DNA from: Rhynchobatus australiae
Taxonomy: Eukaryota
Length of the DNA stretch: 64,000 nt
Direction of reading: 5' to 3'
Assembly: GCA_034780895.1 (NCBI GenBank)
Contig: JAUZTB010000127.1
Coordinates: 27,405,021 to 27,469,020, forward strand
A program made the translations under genes and the position numbers. The notes under the pieces were generated by a model, which saw nothing but the letters and a program-made list of their open reading frames with translations, had not been told where the DNA came from and searched no databases. This document shows, one piece after another, positions 48,811 to 63,069 of the stretch; positions within the stretch are counted from its first letter, which is position 1; each line of letters starts with the position of its first letter.

Positions 48811-51772
48811 CTGGAGAACCTTCACCAGTTCAAGAGGAAGCTCACCATAATCCTCTCAAGGGAAATGAGGCAAGGGCAGCAATGTCTATATCTCAGAAAT
48901 GAATTTAAAAAGTACCTTTGCTTCTGCACCATTTCCAAAGTCTGGCTTGAAAATACCACTTCAGCTCTGCTGCCTGACATCCAAGCCAGAGAAAGACTAC
49001 AAAGAGGCCAGGTGAATATGAAATAATCATAAGACTATGGGCAGCGAACAGAGAAATGTGCGGAGTAGAAATTATGAAATACGCCCATTGGCTCTGATCA
49101 AACTACTTGTTTTTCTCAAAATCTCCAAAGTGCTAAACTCTGATAAAATAAATGACCTTCCCCTGTTATTTCGTTCTACAATGAACTGTTTCTGTTATTT
49201 ATAAAAATGATTTTATGATCACCTGACCAGACCATGGACTATTTTTAGCTATGCACAATTATATGGCCAGGAACCAAGAAAATGTAATGCACTGAAAGCC
49301 ACAGGAGAATCAGTGACATTTTTAATCCAATTTATTTAGAGAAATATATGAAGTATTGTCTGAATGCATTTAGTGCTCATTATTGACAATGAATCAAAGT
49401 TCTCTTTTGGAAGTTTATTATACAAGGAGTACAGATTCAGCCAGTGTGCATTTTATTTCTGGTCCTCCTGTCTTGTATCAGCCACAGGTGGTGGTGGTGT
49501 CTGCCCTATCCCTCAGTGGTGCATGCTCTTCAACCATGACTGTTATGCAAACCACAAGTCACTAGCAAACCTTCCTGGGTAAATAGATGGATAGCAATTA
49601 GAATCGGGAACACCAGCTGATTTCCTGCTCTACTACCAATGGGTACTGAATTCAAGTATCACATCCCAAAGAGAGCCGGGATAAATCAATGCAGCCTTAG
49701 GTTGAATGCCTACTGGTTGTATACAAACATTTTTGTTCATTATATACATAATATATAAGCAAAGAAAATTTTTAAAAAGCACAATTTTATTCTGTACTAG
49801 CATTAATGACTCTACTTTTAGAAATATTACAATGATGTTTGTTAAAACTTCAGTCAAGTAATTCACTGGGGAATCCAAATGAATGAAAACATTTAATAGC
49901 AGTAGGAAACAACTGAACCTTCTTTGAAAAGGCTGGTTATTCTTTTTCATAATTTTTTGATCATGAACAGGTGCTTTCATTTTATTTAAATCCTTCCTCA
50001 TGAAGGCCATTATTTACAATGGAAACTCAATCACCTTGGCTGTTGTGGTTGGGAAAGGGGCAAAAGTAATGAACAAAAAAACATCCTGCTGCTGACATGG
50101 GGTAAAGTAAAATAGGTCACGGGGTACCTTACTTTCCCAGGGTCAAGTGTCACATTGAATATAAATTCAACGCAGCTCAGGTCTGTCCTCTGGTTATCTG
50201 TTTTGCCAAGCTGAAGAACACAATCATTTTTGGTCCCAAGGGGGCAAACTTAAACTCAGGATCAGAACACAATTTTGCTACTTCCCAATGTTTATTTTAG
50301 CATGAAGGGCATTTATGTCAACCCCTCTGTGTAGTGTACCATCCATGAATCAACCCCTTCCACAACCCAGAAAGGATTAACGTTTCAATTTAAACTTCAA
50401 GTGGGTGAATAAATCTCAGGTAGCCCAAGGAGAGGAGGTGATGGTCTCCTTGGTCTCTTTGTGTCTCTCTGAGACACCTTTTAAACTAATTACACACCTA
50501 CAGCTCCCTCCAGCCCGATCATCACTCTTCTCAGTCAATCTGCGTGTCAGAGGTTGGGTAGGATGGGGGTGAGGGTGGGGGGTGGGGTGGGTTAAGAAGA
50601 TAAACTGCTGGAATAGAAGTGTAAATGTGAAGTTACTCTCCAGTGACCTTGAAGGAGAGTGCTCTGTTGATAAAGGAGGCAGAAATACACTTTAGTTGTT
50701 CGTGCTTTTTAAGTCTATTGACTGTCTTCGCTCTAGGCAATCATAAAGTGACGGTCAAGTTGTGTATTGTGGTTGGGAAAACCTGGTGCCATTTTATAGG
50801 TTCAAATTCGTCCTACCAGGAGTGCCACAATCTCATCAAGATATTCAAAGTGAATTCTGAGTCCAAAACCACTTGTTTTATTTTCCGCTGTACTCCTCTA
50901 ATTAAAAGCACAAGGTTCAAAAAGCCACAATGCTGAATATACACCTCAGCTGCTTGCCAGGTTCAAGACCATGTTTTTGATGACATTAGCTTAAAGAATA
51001 ACATTGGAAAGAGCAAGGTAGGTCATTGCCAGCAATTAGCATTCTAATTTAGTTGACAATCAAACAGTAAACATTAAAAAAAACTCAAATTGCACAAAGT
51101 CAGTTTGTAACAGTCATAGCATNNNNNNNNNNNNNNNNNNNNNNNNNNNNNNNNNNNNNNNNNNNNNNNNNNNNNNNNNNNNNNNNNNNNNNNNNNNNNN
51201 NNNNNNNNNNNNNNNNNNNNNNAAACAGTAAACATTAAAAAAAACTCAACTATTTCTCAATTAAAGCACTATAGTCTGCACATTTAATTGTCATTATTGT
51301 CACTACATTTCAGACAAATTCTTTGGAACTCACTTCCCGCAGGTTGAGTTGTTTATGAAATTCATTGGTATGTTTGGAAAACAAATTTAAAGAAGCAGAT
51401 ACATAGGGAAGTTCTGGTGGGGCAATTCAAAACAGAGAGGGTATAAAAATAAGATGTTTGAGGTTTAATGGTACTTTCTCATACGAAGACATGCTAGTGA
51501 TCTCTCTAGATCAGTTCTAAAGCCTCTAGTAATTTATGAAAATTACCAAATGCTCTGGGGATTTTGGAGTGAACTCCAGGTCACTAAAGAGAAGACCTTA
51601 ACACCACCTCCCCACACTTTTGCCAAGCAATGCCCTGAGAAGATATTTGCACCAAGCTGTGCCTGCAGCCTTTGGCCTGCAAGGCCTCAGGAAAGCTGAA
51701 GTGCCCAGGCATGCACAAGGGAATCAAAAATATGGAGCTCTCTCCTCTGAAAGGCAATTGGGGCTGGAGAAG

Positions 51773-51990
51773 GAAAAACTGCAGATGCTAGAAATCTCAG
51801 ATAAAACCAGAAAATGCAGGTCAGGCAGCATCTGTGGAAAAAGAAACACAATTAATGTTTCAGGTTAATGACCTTTCACTAGAACTAGGAAAATTTAGAA
51901 ATCAAAGATGCTCTAAATTTCAGAGAAAGAGGAGGGTTGTAGAGAACAAAGGGAATATCTGTGATAGGTGTTGGTGCCAAATGAATAAAC
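51773..51990 (-). mobile_element. Penelope-type repeat arm plus body fragment
   Basis: ctgcagatgctagaaatctcagataaaaccagaaaatgcaggtcaggcagcatctgtggaaaaagaaacacaattaatgtttcaggttaatgacctttcactagaact. Confidence 0.65.
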
Positions 51991-52089
51991 CTGAGATTAA
52001 TAGATTATTGATTTTGGAACCAAGGGGATGGAGTTAGGACACAGATCCGCTGAGATCTAATTAAAAGGTGTACTCCTTTTCTTAACACT

Positions 52090-53540
52090 TGACTCTTTGA
52101 AGATCCAAATTCATAACTTGGTAACCACGTGTGGCAAAAAGGAAGAGGCCAGTGTCGTTGGACTGGCTATTGGAGGTAGGATGGCAGGGAGTTGGTCAGC
52201 CTTTATTGATCATAGATTTAAACGGTTGGGTACTGGGGGTGGGCTCAGAGGAATAGTGCTGTTGAGGGATTGGAGAAATCTGAAGCATGGATCCAGAAGT
52301 GATTGGGAGATGTTTTCAGTGAATGGTGGGGGTATGGGTTGGTTTGGAGGTGGTGAGGAGTGAGAGGGCAGGGATGAAATGCAGATGACCTGGAAGATAG
52401 AAGCTAACCATGGTACTTAGTTTATCACTCGCAAAACCTAGTTGTTCTGGGAGTGGACAATGGCGGGTAATCTTTCGAGCAACATGGTCTACAAAAAGAG
52501 CTTTTACAGAGAATGTTACTTGGTGGACACTTGGATACAGAAATCACATCAGAGGTGAAAGCTTGATTCACGCCAGGAAGTGCCTGGTCCAGTTTCCATG
52601 GTGACATGCACAGATCCTGAAATAGTTGTTGCTAGGGAAAGTACATTTTCAATCACATATCACTGAGGTAAACAGTGCAATCCAATTTCTAGGCTTGCAT
52701 AAGTTCTGTTGTGGAAATCATATTTTTGGATGATCTGGGTGAGGTTTATTGAATATATGGATAACTGAGGCAGCCTATAGAGTGGAGGCAAGTGCGGCGA
52801 AGGGCAGTGTTGCTCGGCTGACAGCAGATAATGTTTGTGACAGAGAGAATTTGGGTTGGGAGGGAATGGCAACCAGTATGCTAACAATGCCCTTTTTTTT
52901 CTGGTATCTAACTGGATTCAGCTGATTCAGGCTGGTGGATAAATTGACAATATGACTTGGATGAGCAAACAATAAACTGCTGGAAGACCTCAGCAGGTCA
53001 AGCAACATCTGTGGAGGCAAAGGAATGGTCAATGTTTTGGGTTGAGACCCTGAATCAGGATCCTGTAGAAGTCCCATCCAGTCCTTATTCAGGGTCACGA
53101 CCCAAAACGTCGACCACGCACTTGCCGCCACAGTGTTGCTTGACCTGCTGAGTTCTTCTAGTAGTTTACTTTTTGTTCCAGGTTCCAGCTTCTGAAGTCT
53201 CATGTGTCTCCATGACTTGGATGAGGCAGCATATCAGTGAAGAAAAGGAGGGAAGCAAGAGTAGGTCTTTGGACAATTCCAAAGAGAATGGGATAGGGAT
53301 TGGAAGAGCCTCGTCAGAAAGGGATACGATCTTGATAGGTCAGGATGGAACAAGTGGCACCAATGGGAAACTAGGGAGACTTTGGAGAGGGTTAGTGAAA
53401 GCATTGTATCAAACAATATAAAGAGTTCAATGTAGATGAGGAGAGAGCATGCAGCAATTTTCTGATTACCATCTCAGCCAGAAAGGGCACTGATAAAAGG
53501 AGGGTGAGGTAGGATTGTTTGACCACATAACTGAACACAA
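52090..53540 (-). mobile_element. very degenerate LINE (L2-like) body, interrupted by the palindromic repeat
   Basis: Long G/A-rich strand-biased stretch similar in character to 31620-32150. Confidence 0.35.
52965..53195. mobile_element. palindromic Penelope-type repeat, second subfamily
   Basis: Left arm ctcagcaggtcaagcaacatctgtgg...ggtcaatgttttgggttgagaccctgaat and right arm attcagggtcacgacccaaaacgtcgacca...ccacagtgttgcttgacctgctgag are reverse complements. Confidence 0.7.
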
Positions 53541-56500
53541 GGCCAACTCTCACTGCCTCAGCTGGCAACTTGGACGAACTATTGGGCAATAGAAGTGGTT
53601 GACGAAACTGTGCTTTGGCATGAGTCAGTACCTTCAGAAAAGTCATAACAGAACAGAAGAAGGAACTGTCATTCTGATGATATCAAATTATATTTTTTCA
53701 GTGAAGTTGCATAAATAAAGCTTCTGGAGTATTTCTGCCTTAGAGGGTTTTCACTCTGAAATGTGGCTTGCAGTTTTAACGCATTTGTAATAAAATCACG
53801 CTGGGTGAACCCTGCTTGGTTTATTTAGCACTGTTTTCAGCCAATATGTAGCTTGAGTGCCAAGGTAATAAAAAGCAAAACCCAAGCTCCAATTCTCTCA
53901 GCTGGCACTGATATCTCTCTGGTTTCCTATAAAAGAGGCCCCAAAAAGCCAAAGGCAACTGCATGCAAAGCTGTAACTGAGCTCACAGTGGCTTATCGGA
54001 AACTTAAGAATTTCAAGTTTCCAAAAGACACCTTGTTCAAATGTGTAATTGAGCACAACCCTGAAATCTCTAAACAATAGCTCAACATAAGTCCCTGGAA
54101 AGTCCCAATCGGGTTCACCAAACGATTCTTTCAGACACTCTCCTTTTAGAATTCAGAGTCAGAAGTTCGGGATCGATGGAGTTTCCATCCATCCATCCAC
54201 ATAATTAAGTGGCAATTTATTAAATCTAAGATTAGTGGTATAAAACATAATTTGTTCAATAAAGTTATTGACAGCAAGCCAACATGAAACGTGTTTCTCA
54301 GTTTCACCAGCATTGTCACAATAAAACCAGTAACCACAATTCCCACTCACTACTTAAATGCAATGTAATTTGTAGAAATGAGAATACAATTGTTCAAATG
54401 GAAGCCTGTCTGTAAGAGTCCTGGCATGAAAGGGTTAATCCTGTCTTTTGGGGGGGGCAACTTCATTAGATGGATAAATTGGATCTGAACAGAAAAGTGA
54501 GATTCTTTCCAATAACCATTTGAACCGCTACTGAAAATGGATTTATACTGATTCATTATTTGCCAGCCAAACCATTTTAAAAAAAATCTTAAATAGAAAA
54601 GTGAGCTCAAAAAACAGGGGAGAAACTTGGGCTTGGCTTGAACACAAGAACTTGCTGGTGATCACAGCTATTATGTTAACCCTTCAATGGCTCTTCTCAA
54701 CTCCTCCTCCAACAGTATTCCATATTGACCTACATAGCTGGGTGTAGAGTAGTAGAGTTATTATGAGATAATTAATGTGATGCTTAATATTGCAATAAGA
54801 GACTGGATTCACTTTTTTATTTTGAAAAATTAACTGAATCAGTGGAAGTAAATTCAGTGCTGACTGCAAGAGTAGGAAGGTAAGAAACTCCCAGAGCTCT
54901 TGGATGTTAGAAGTGTTCCAGCAAACGTGAACCCTATTCCTGCAGTAGCACTGTCACTCCCTCTTGGTTGCACCACTGCCACGCATCTTCCATGAGGGAT
55001 TGGTGAAGAAAGAGAATCAATGAAGGAGAGAAATGGGGATGGTGGGGATAAAGAGAATTTTTTATAGTTTAAATGTGTGCAGTGATTATCATACACAAGA
55101 CAGTAACAGATAATTCAATCCAACAATCACTGCTGTTCCACATGCAAGCATTCTCCCAATCCACTCTGTCAGCAGTACTGGTTCCTTTTTCCCTCGTGTT
55201 ATTGTTTCCCTTTAAAAGAACTACTTGAAGGGAAACTAGACAAGCAGCACAAGCACTTCATGTCCTAGCCAGAACCATATGCTGGGTAACGAAGCTTCTC
55301 CTGAATCCCTTATTGTATTTCCTGGTGACTATCCATATTTATTGCTGCTAATCTTGGACACCCCACAAACGGGCATGTCTTTCATGCTATTACTGGAGTT
55401 GTTTTGAACAGAAAGCATCATCTGCTAGGAGGGACTTGCCTGCTGATTCCACAAAGCCGACCCCACCACCTACAAGGCACATGTCTGAAGGCTTTCCAGT
55501 TGCGTGGATACGTAAAGCTCCATCAACAGTCTCAAGAAGTACAAAACCATCAAGGTCAGAACCATTGATTTGACTGGCATTCCATCTACCAGCACAAGCA
55601 CTCCCGCCACCAGCACCTACACCCTCAGTGAGTACAACCTACAGGACACACCGCAGCAAGTGTCCTAGCCTTTTTGGTATCATCTTTTAAATTTGTGTTT
55701 CCATCACCAAGAAGAACATCAATCAGTTGGTTTGGAAGATTGAAAGAAACAAAGTTGAGTTTTAAATAGATTACAAAGCCAAATTTGAAACTTAAGATCC
55801 TGATCTCTGACCATCTGAAGTGCAGGGGGACAGGCATGTTAGAGAGGATCTTCTCCTGAGTCATTAGTAGACCCAGGCTGGGCACACTGTGTGAGGAGGT
55901 CACTCTGTTAACTGCCTGTTTTACTTCAGCAGTGTTTTCTGTGGGTGGGATTGCAAAGAGACCACATAGTGTCACCTGGGTGATTTGGGGTGACCAATGA
56001 GCACCATGATTTATAACTTTGCACTTTCGTGGACTTTACGTTTGTACTAATTCTGCTTTCACGGTTCACAACACAAGGGCAATCCATTTTCATTCTTTTG
56101 GGCAGATTAAAATAGCGGTCAGGTGCAAAGAGGGAAAGAGTAGCTTGGTAGCTTTTGGCCAGGGTGAGGCTCTGGATCAATCACGGATAAACTAAAGGAG
56201 CCAATCCAACAGGAAATCTCTGCTCAGCTGTCCAGGTTTTGCTGAAACGGTTGAGTTCCTGCAGCTGGAAGGCAATCAGTCTGCTCCAGCCTCAACTTCT
56301 GAAATGTATTGACTTCCAAAATAACAGAGGCCAGCCCAAGTAGGGTAACTGATTTGCTGTCGCTAATAATCTCTCCTGGTACACATCCTTATACAACAAC
56401 ATTATATTTCTCCAGCACCTTTAACACAGCAAAATGTCCCAAGATGATTCACAGGAGCATAATAGGGCAAGGAGCCAAAGAAACCAGGTGGCCTGGTCAC

Positions 56501-57464
56501 AGGGGGAGCTCCAAACCAGAAATGCCTGAACAAGGCAACTATCAACTTGAGGAAATGCATTGCTTCAATTACTGTCCCTAATTTACATGGAAGAGAACAT
56601 CCAGTATCCTTCACAATGGGTTTAGAATTCCCTGGTGGATGTAACATCTGCAGATATAACGTGTGCAGGGGAGTGGAGGGGGTAGCATAAAAACTGTGAA
56701 CTTTAGAAGATGGCAAACATTTACTGATGCGTACACAGGTTGTATTATACAGTGCTATTCACCGATGAAACCAGCAGCTTCCACTTCTACATGACAACTT
56801 CACAAGGATGCAGAGGCACATTTATAGAGCAGAATGCACAATATTGCCTGGAGTTCAGGCAGATCTTTGCTAAATCACGGGTTGCTGACTAAAAAGGTTC
56901 CCAACTCTGGCTGGCAGCAGGACATCCTGTGACCTTCGCCACCAGCCGATCCATCCAGTCCAACAGCCTTCCATGTTATCCTAATATTTTTACAACATAA
57001 AGTTCAAAAGAAAAAGAAATAAAAAGTTTTTTTTAATACCCTCAAGATGTTTTCTTTTCTTTCCTGGCATTGCAGTGACCAGGAGATGAATCGCAGTTTC
57101 CAAAGGTCTCCAGGGTAGCTCTGGAGAGGCTTGGACATTGTGAGGTGGGCAGTGACCTCTGGTGAAAAAATGAATCTCTTCACAACTATAGAAAAGGGAG
57201 CCATGGTGATATAAAGGTAAAACCAAGTTAAACCTACATCCAAAGAACTAATTTTTTCTACGAGCATGGATGGAGGAAAGTGGGTGAATAGAATAAAAAT
57301 TCATGAATGAATTTTCTCTACACTGAGGTTTGAAAATGCAAGAAATATTCATTCATCACCCCAAATGGGAGTCCCCAATTCTATTCTCATGCTAATCTGA
57401 AGTTACAAAGGCTAATCTCAGTCCACTTTGCTAATAAATTGCCATCCTACTTTTTAACCTTCAT

Positions 57465-57725
57465 CACAGAATCTTATAGTACAGAGGGTATGGTACAGCC
57501 CATCCACTATGAAATGGCCCTTTGTAAGAATGATCCAGTTAGTCCCCTTCCCTCACCCTTTCCCCATCGCTCTGCCAATTATTTCTTTTTCAAGTGTATA
57601 TTCAACTCCATTTTGAAGATAACAATTGAATTTATTGCTTTCATTCAGTGCACTGCAGACCATAGCAACTTGCTCACAAAAACAACTTCTCCTTTCTCCC
57701 TTGGATCTTTCACAATGACAATTTG
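57465..57725 (-). mobile_element. CR1 3' fragment
   Basis: cacagaatcttatagtacagagggt...cagcccatc...tccagttagtccccttccc...gcagaccatagcaacttgc. Confidence 0.5.
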
Positions 57726-57759
57726 TTTGTTGTTTTCTGCTAATGAGCATAAATCAAAT

Positions 57760-58170
57760 ACAAGACACAAGAGACTGCAGCAAAAAATAAACTGCTGGGA
57801 GAATTCATCAGGCAAGCAGTGTCTGTGGAGGCAAAGGGATAGCAGACATTTCGGATTGAGACCTTGCATCAGGACTGAGAGTGTAGAGGAAAGATAGCCA
57901 GTGAGAGGGAGAGGTGAGACAGAGGTGGACACATAAGAAAGAAAAGGCAGATAGAACCAGGTGGTGGAGGGGAGGAGGAAGGAGACAGAGGTTGGGAAGT
58001 GGTTAGTAGTACCACATAAGGGAGGGGTGATGGGTAAGTGGAACAGGTGGAGGAATGAATAGGGAATATGAACCAATGGAGAAGAAACCCAGATAGATAC
58101 AGTTATGTGGGTGAAGGGGATGAGTCTAGGTTATGAAGAGAGGACGGACAGAAAAGGGGAGGGGTCGAAT
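57760..58170 (-). mobile_element. Penelope-type repeat arm (second subfamily) plus purine-rich body
   Basis: acaagagactgcag...ctgctgggagaattca...gtctgtggaggcaaagggatagcagacatttcggattgagaccttgcatcaggactgag; homologous to the left arm at 52965. Confidence 0.6.
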
Positions 58171-58749
58171 ACGGCCTGGTTACTGACATGGCTTGCTTGC
58201 TCCATCATTATTGATTTTGCATACCTCCATGAAATCATCCATCAACCTTCTCTGAGCTATGGGGAAACACTTTCTGTTGACTCTCCACACAAAGCTAATC
58301 TAAGGAAGAAAGTGTGGATATGATCCAAGACCTTTCACAACCTGAAACAAAGTTACAGTTTAGAAGAAAGGACACTGCAAGATTTGCTCTTCACTTGGTT
58401 ACACAGAGCAGAGGCTGCAAACACACAAAATGCTCCCTGCCTCCTGAGAGACACAACGTCATGATTGCTAAACCAACACACGTCATTCTTTGTTTGCCAG
58501 GCGATTGGGTAACAGTAGATGATCGTTCATAGGGGAAATAACAAAGTCACAATTGGCTCTGGCCAGTTCCAAAAGCTTCGAGTGAGAGAACTAACATTCA
58601 AGTCCCTCAGATGTTGCTACTTTCTGTTTTCTAGACCATTTCGCCAAAGACTTTGCAACACACAAAACTGCTGACTCCAAAGCCCTTTGTTCAGCTCAAC
58701 AGCTGACTTAAATCCCAAAAACCAAGTGCAGTTGAGAATTTTTTTTTAC

Positions 58750-58926
58750 CTTCATGAGGGTGTGCCACCCAGAGTTGTGCCATCTGGATATTTGTGGGGT
58801 TGGGTCCACGGAAGGAAGGGTCAGAGGGCAAAGGAGCAGGGGTTCCGTGAGGTGCAGTCGAGGTCCCTAGGCCACTGGCGACGAAACCCCCAAGAAAAGG
58901 AGTTGAGCCACCGGGGTAGGCATCAC
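58750..58926 (-). CDS. TNRC18: TNRC18 coding exon, 177 nt, phase 1-1 (DAYPGGSTPFLGGFVASG...AQLWVAHPHE)
   Basis: Acceptor ccccaaatcag|GT after a pyrimidine tract; donor GAAG|gtaaaa; lies in ORF 58691..58966. Confidence 0.88.
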
Positions 58927-60119
58927 CTGATTTGGGGAGAGGGATGGGAAGGGTAGGGAGAGACATTATAGTCAGGATCTACTCGATTATGGTCCACAGT
59001 ATTAACCAATCGACAATACAAAAAAAACCCTCATACTTGCGTTAATTTTGAATTTAAAACATAATAAAGCAAACAATATAACATTTACTCTTACTACACA
59101 TTAATGTAGGGTTAAGCCTCCCAAATCTTTGCAATGCCTTTTCAAAACCACCTTTGGAGCTAATAGATTGAATTAAGTTGGACTTAAAAACAGTGTCTGT
59201 TCCAGTCCCTGTCCTTAGATCCAAGATCAGTGCTGCAGTTCACATTATACATTAGTCTGTAATTTGACAATGTTTAATGCAAGGAAATGTTCACATTTGC
59301 AACATTGGGGAGAGCAGGGTTTGTCCAAACCTTTTTAAATGCCTTTTTAAGTTCAAAGGAGCCATTGGGTATAGGGTTCAATAGACATGTAAAAACAACC
59401 AAAATTACAAATAATTTTCTGCACAGAAATCAAATGAAGCAGACAACAAAGTTTACAAGTGCATTAATCCATAATTATTAAAATGCAAATTTTTCTCCTC
59501 TTTTTCACATTCCTAAATGTAAGTGAAGCAAATCCCTTTTCCTTGTTATCTAGTTTTGATTGCACAGTAATCAGTGGCATTTGCTTACTGTGAATGAATG
59601 TTTCAAAATCCACCTTTATTAACCTGAATTCTGAGATCTTTAATGGTCTTGCAATTCAGCATTTTTCTTTCCAGTCACAATTACAGACCAATGGCCTTGC
59701 CCAGATCAGATAATATTCTGTGCACTTATTGAAGCTGTAAAGAGAGGAATATTTCGGGAAGTGGACAGGAGCCACAGCCGTAACATGGCAGAGCTAGATA
59801 CTGAATTATGACAGACAATAACAGCTCATTACTGACACTGCAAATGGTCCAGTTACATTACATCTTAGTAACATGTGGGATACATGGTTGAGCTTTACTG
59901 CTGCTAACCCCTCATTGATCAGAGAAAAAGCAAAATGTACAGATGGACCAGCTGCATATTCAAAGAAGCCTTTGCAGAGTAAGGTGCTATCATTGCAGAG
60001 ACAAAACATTGCAGACTGAGACCTGAGCACAGAATCTAAGCAACCATCGGGGGTATCCAATTAGTGATGTCTATCAATAAGCCTTTAAGTTGCCTTCACC
60101 CTGGACAAATTTTACTCTT

Positions 60120-60315
60120 CAACTGTTATTACTAAAACATTTAAGCTGGTTATTATCCTGATGCTATATGTGGGATCTTGCTGTGTACAATTTGTCTGCA
60201 AACCAACCACAAAATTTCCCATATTATAACAGTCACTACAGTGTAAAAATACTCCTCAAATGGTTATAAAGTGCTTTGGGAAGTTTTAGGTTGGAATATA
60301 AATACAAGTTCCTTT
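60120..60315 (+). mobile_element. DeuSINE/L2 3' fragment
   Basis: ctggttattatcctgatgctatatgtgggatcttgctgtgtacaa...ataacagtcactaca...aaagtgctttggg...tataaatacaagttcctt. Confidence 0.55.
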
Positions 60316-63069
60316 TGTCAAACAACATTTGATACAGGAGACAATTTAATCTTTAATATAAATACCACATTGAACATTACAGGCAAGAGATAGGGCAATA
60401 TCATAGGGTGGGGGTGAACTGACTTGTACAAGGTCAGTAAAGCAGGGAAACAGGTTATTGTGCAAATATGGTCCAAGAAAACTGCTGTGCACAAAATGTC
60501 CCGAGTGAATGGAAGGTCACGACCTCACAGCAGGAACTCAGATACAAAAAGGCACTGTTAAAGCCAATGGCACACGGCGTTTCATGCGTAGCCTGGCTGT
60601 TACTTGCTGCTTTCAATCCCAGACTCTTTAATAGCAAGCAAATCTGAATTCACTACAAAACTCTTAAGCTTGTGTGTGCATCATGTTTTCTGAAAGGAAC
60701 CATGAGGCAGACTACGGCCCTCCTGTGCGATGAATCCAGGTAGAGGCTTTGACTACACAAAAAAGGAAACCAGTTGAATTGCATGAAATCCTGCATCATC
60801 TCATAGAAAGCAAGGTTATGGTTTGGACGTATTTAGTAGTTGGGATTGAATGGTCATGTTTGTGCTTTTGTTGAAGTATTTCAACTCTGCCACCACCATT
60901 CACAGGCTCGGCATAAAGAGCATCATGCTGCGAATATTTGAGATTCCTAGACCCTTTCCCATCCTTTTTATTGGTGGTAAATAAAATCCCCTTTTCAATG
61001 CAGGAGGACTGCATACTCTAATAACTATGCCTGCTTTACTTCAACAGTTCTCAGAGAAGTCATTTCAGCTCTCCCAGTGGCTCAGTTTGTAAATTCTACT
61101 TTGAATCTGGAAATTCTCTATATAAACAGAGCAGGCCGAGCTCCATCAGTACTGCTTTGCGGCCCAGCTATTAAAGAGGCCTTATTTGGGAGGCACATTT
61201 GGTTTGGCATCTGTGCCTGGCCAGAGCAGGGATGATCGAGTAAACTCCTCCCTCAATCAGGCCTAGAGGTCGCACAACTGTAAGTGGCCTCAACTGATTT
61301 TATGACCATGATTTGTGGAATATAACTATCCTCTAGTCTCTGCTATTTACTGGAGAAATCACCCTGCAAACATCAGGGGCTGTTAATGCATTTTCAGTCA
61401 GGGGATTTCTCACTGTAGTTTGTAGAAACTCACTCTAAATAGTCTCTTTGCTGTAGAATGCTGTTTATATAATCTGCTGATTAAATGGACTCTGCTGTAA
61501 ATGGACTATTCCTGCCCAACTTTAACTCCTGGTATCTGGGTGAAACCTGTCTCAGCTCCTCACTTCAACTCCCTATTCAGTGATTGGGGTGAGACCGAGG
61601 ATGGGACTGACCTGTCCCTTGCTTATGCACAATGGCCTAAGCCCACAGTTGAGGTAAGGTCGCACTTCTTATAGGGTGCCAGAGGGGCCCTGTAGAATTC
61701 TACAGCACTGTAAGTACAGCAAGCGGGCTGTGGTGGGGAGGGGTCATGTAGTTGTGGACAACAGGAGAGGGAGTGTTACCATTTTTGCATTTGGGGAAGA
61801 GGGGGAGGGGGCTATTTGCATATGTTGATATTAAATGTGGCATATCACAATTAGTGTAAGACTTTTGCCCTGGTGCCCTGCCTTTTTCTGACTCTGGGGC
61901 AAGTTTGGATGTTCTTAATTGTTGTAAAAAATATATAAATGCAACTTATTTAAATGCAATTTATTTCTTCCATTTAATAGCCAACTGTCATGATGAGATG
62001 CTTTCTTTCAACAACAAAATAAAATCACACTATTTGTACGGAGTGCTGAAATCACATATTTATCAATTGTTTAGGTAACAACCACAGTTGTCTGCTGTTG
62101 TTCAATTAAATCTGATTATCAGAGTCAAATACTAGAGCAGTATGACTGTAGTTGTTTATTAATGGGCCTCTGTAGGTAATGTACAAAATGGAACACAAGA
62201 TATTCAGATTCATTTTGCTTTAATAAGGCAGCAGCAAGCAACTCAATACAAGTTTTTCTAATGTTGATAAAGACTTCCAAACAAAAACCTGTATTTAAAG
62301 AAAAGCCTCACTGCAAGAAACAAAAGAAATGCTGATGCTGCACTTTTTACGTAGCGGTATTAAATACAGACCTCATGTTCCCCCATCCCTTCCCCTCCCA
62401 AGCCATCTGCTGAATTCTATTAAAAACTATTGGGTTAAAATACACTGTTGGCTGGTTGGCAGTTCTGTATAGAACCACTGGCCAGATGTGGTACGCACTT
62501 CAGCATGTCTGGACTTCTATGTAGGTACATCTGATTCCTTGTTTCATCATTGGACTGAACATTGAGTCTAGGTAAATTCCATAGCTTGATGAGCCAAGCG
62601 GTTGAATAAACCAACTCCGGCCCCTCAGCTTTATACCAGCCATACCTGTTTGATGCCACCCTTCATTAAAAAGATATTTAAGTAAACTTGTATGATTTTC
62701 CTTTATTTCACTGTATATCTATGTTTTTAATTAATCAACATTTTAAATAAATTTATTGCTTTTAAAAATAATGGTTTAAAGTTTTATTTAAACCAATTTC
62801 AACAGTTTTTAAATTATTCACTCAAAAGTGCACTATTACACTTCAATGACTGCAGTTCAAAGCAATGTTTACTGTGAAATACTTGATTTTGTTAAAGGTA
62901 CAACATAAATACAAGTTCTTTTTACAATAGGTATTTTCAAAATCAGACATCACTGAACAACAAAGCTGGAACGTCAGCCTGCATTTTTGAAGATATTGTT
63001 CTCTCCTCCCTGTATACATGTGTACTAATAAACAAACACAGACATACATATACACATAGCAATATAATG

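Noticed and set aside
51062-51250. ~27-bp duplication on both sides of a 100-N gap
   Set aside because: The left copy is offset from the gap edge and differs in poly-A length; most likely haplotype or contig-end redundancy.
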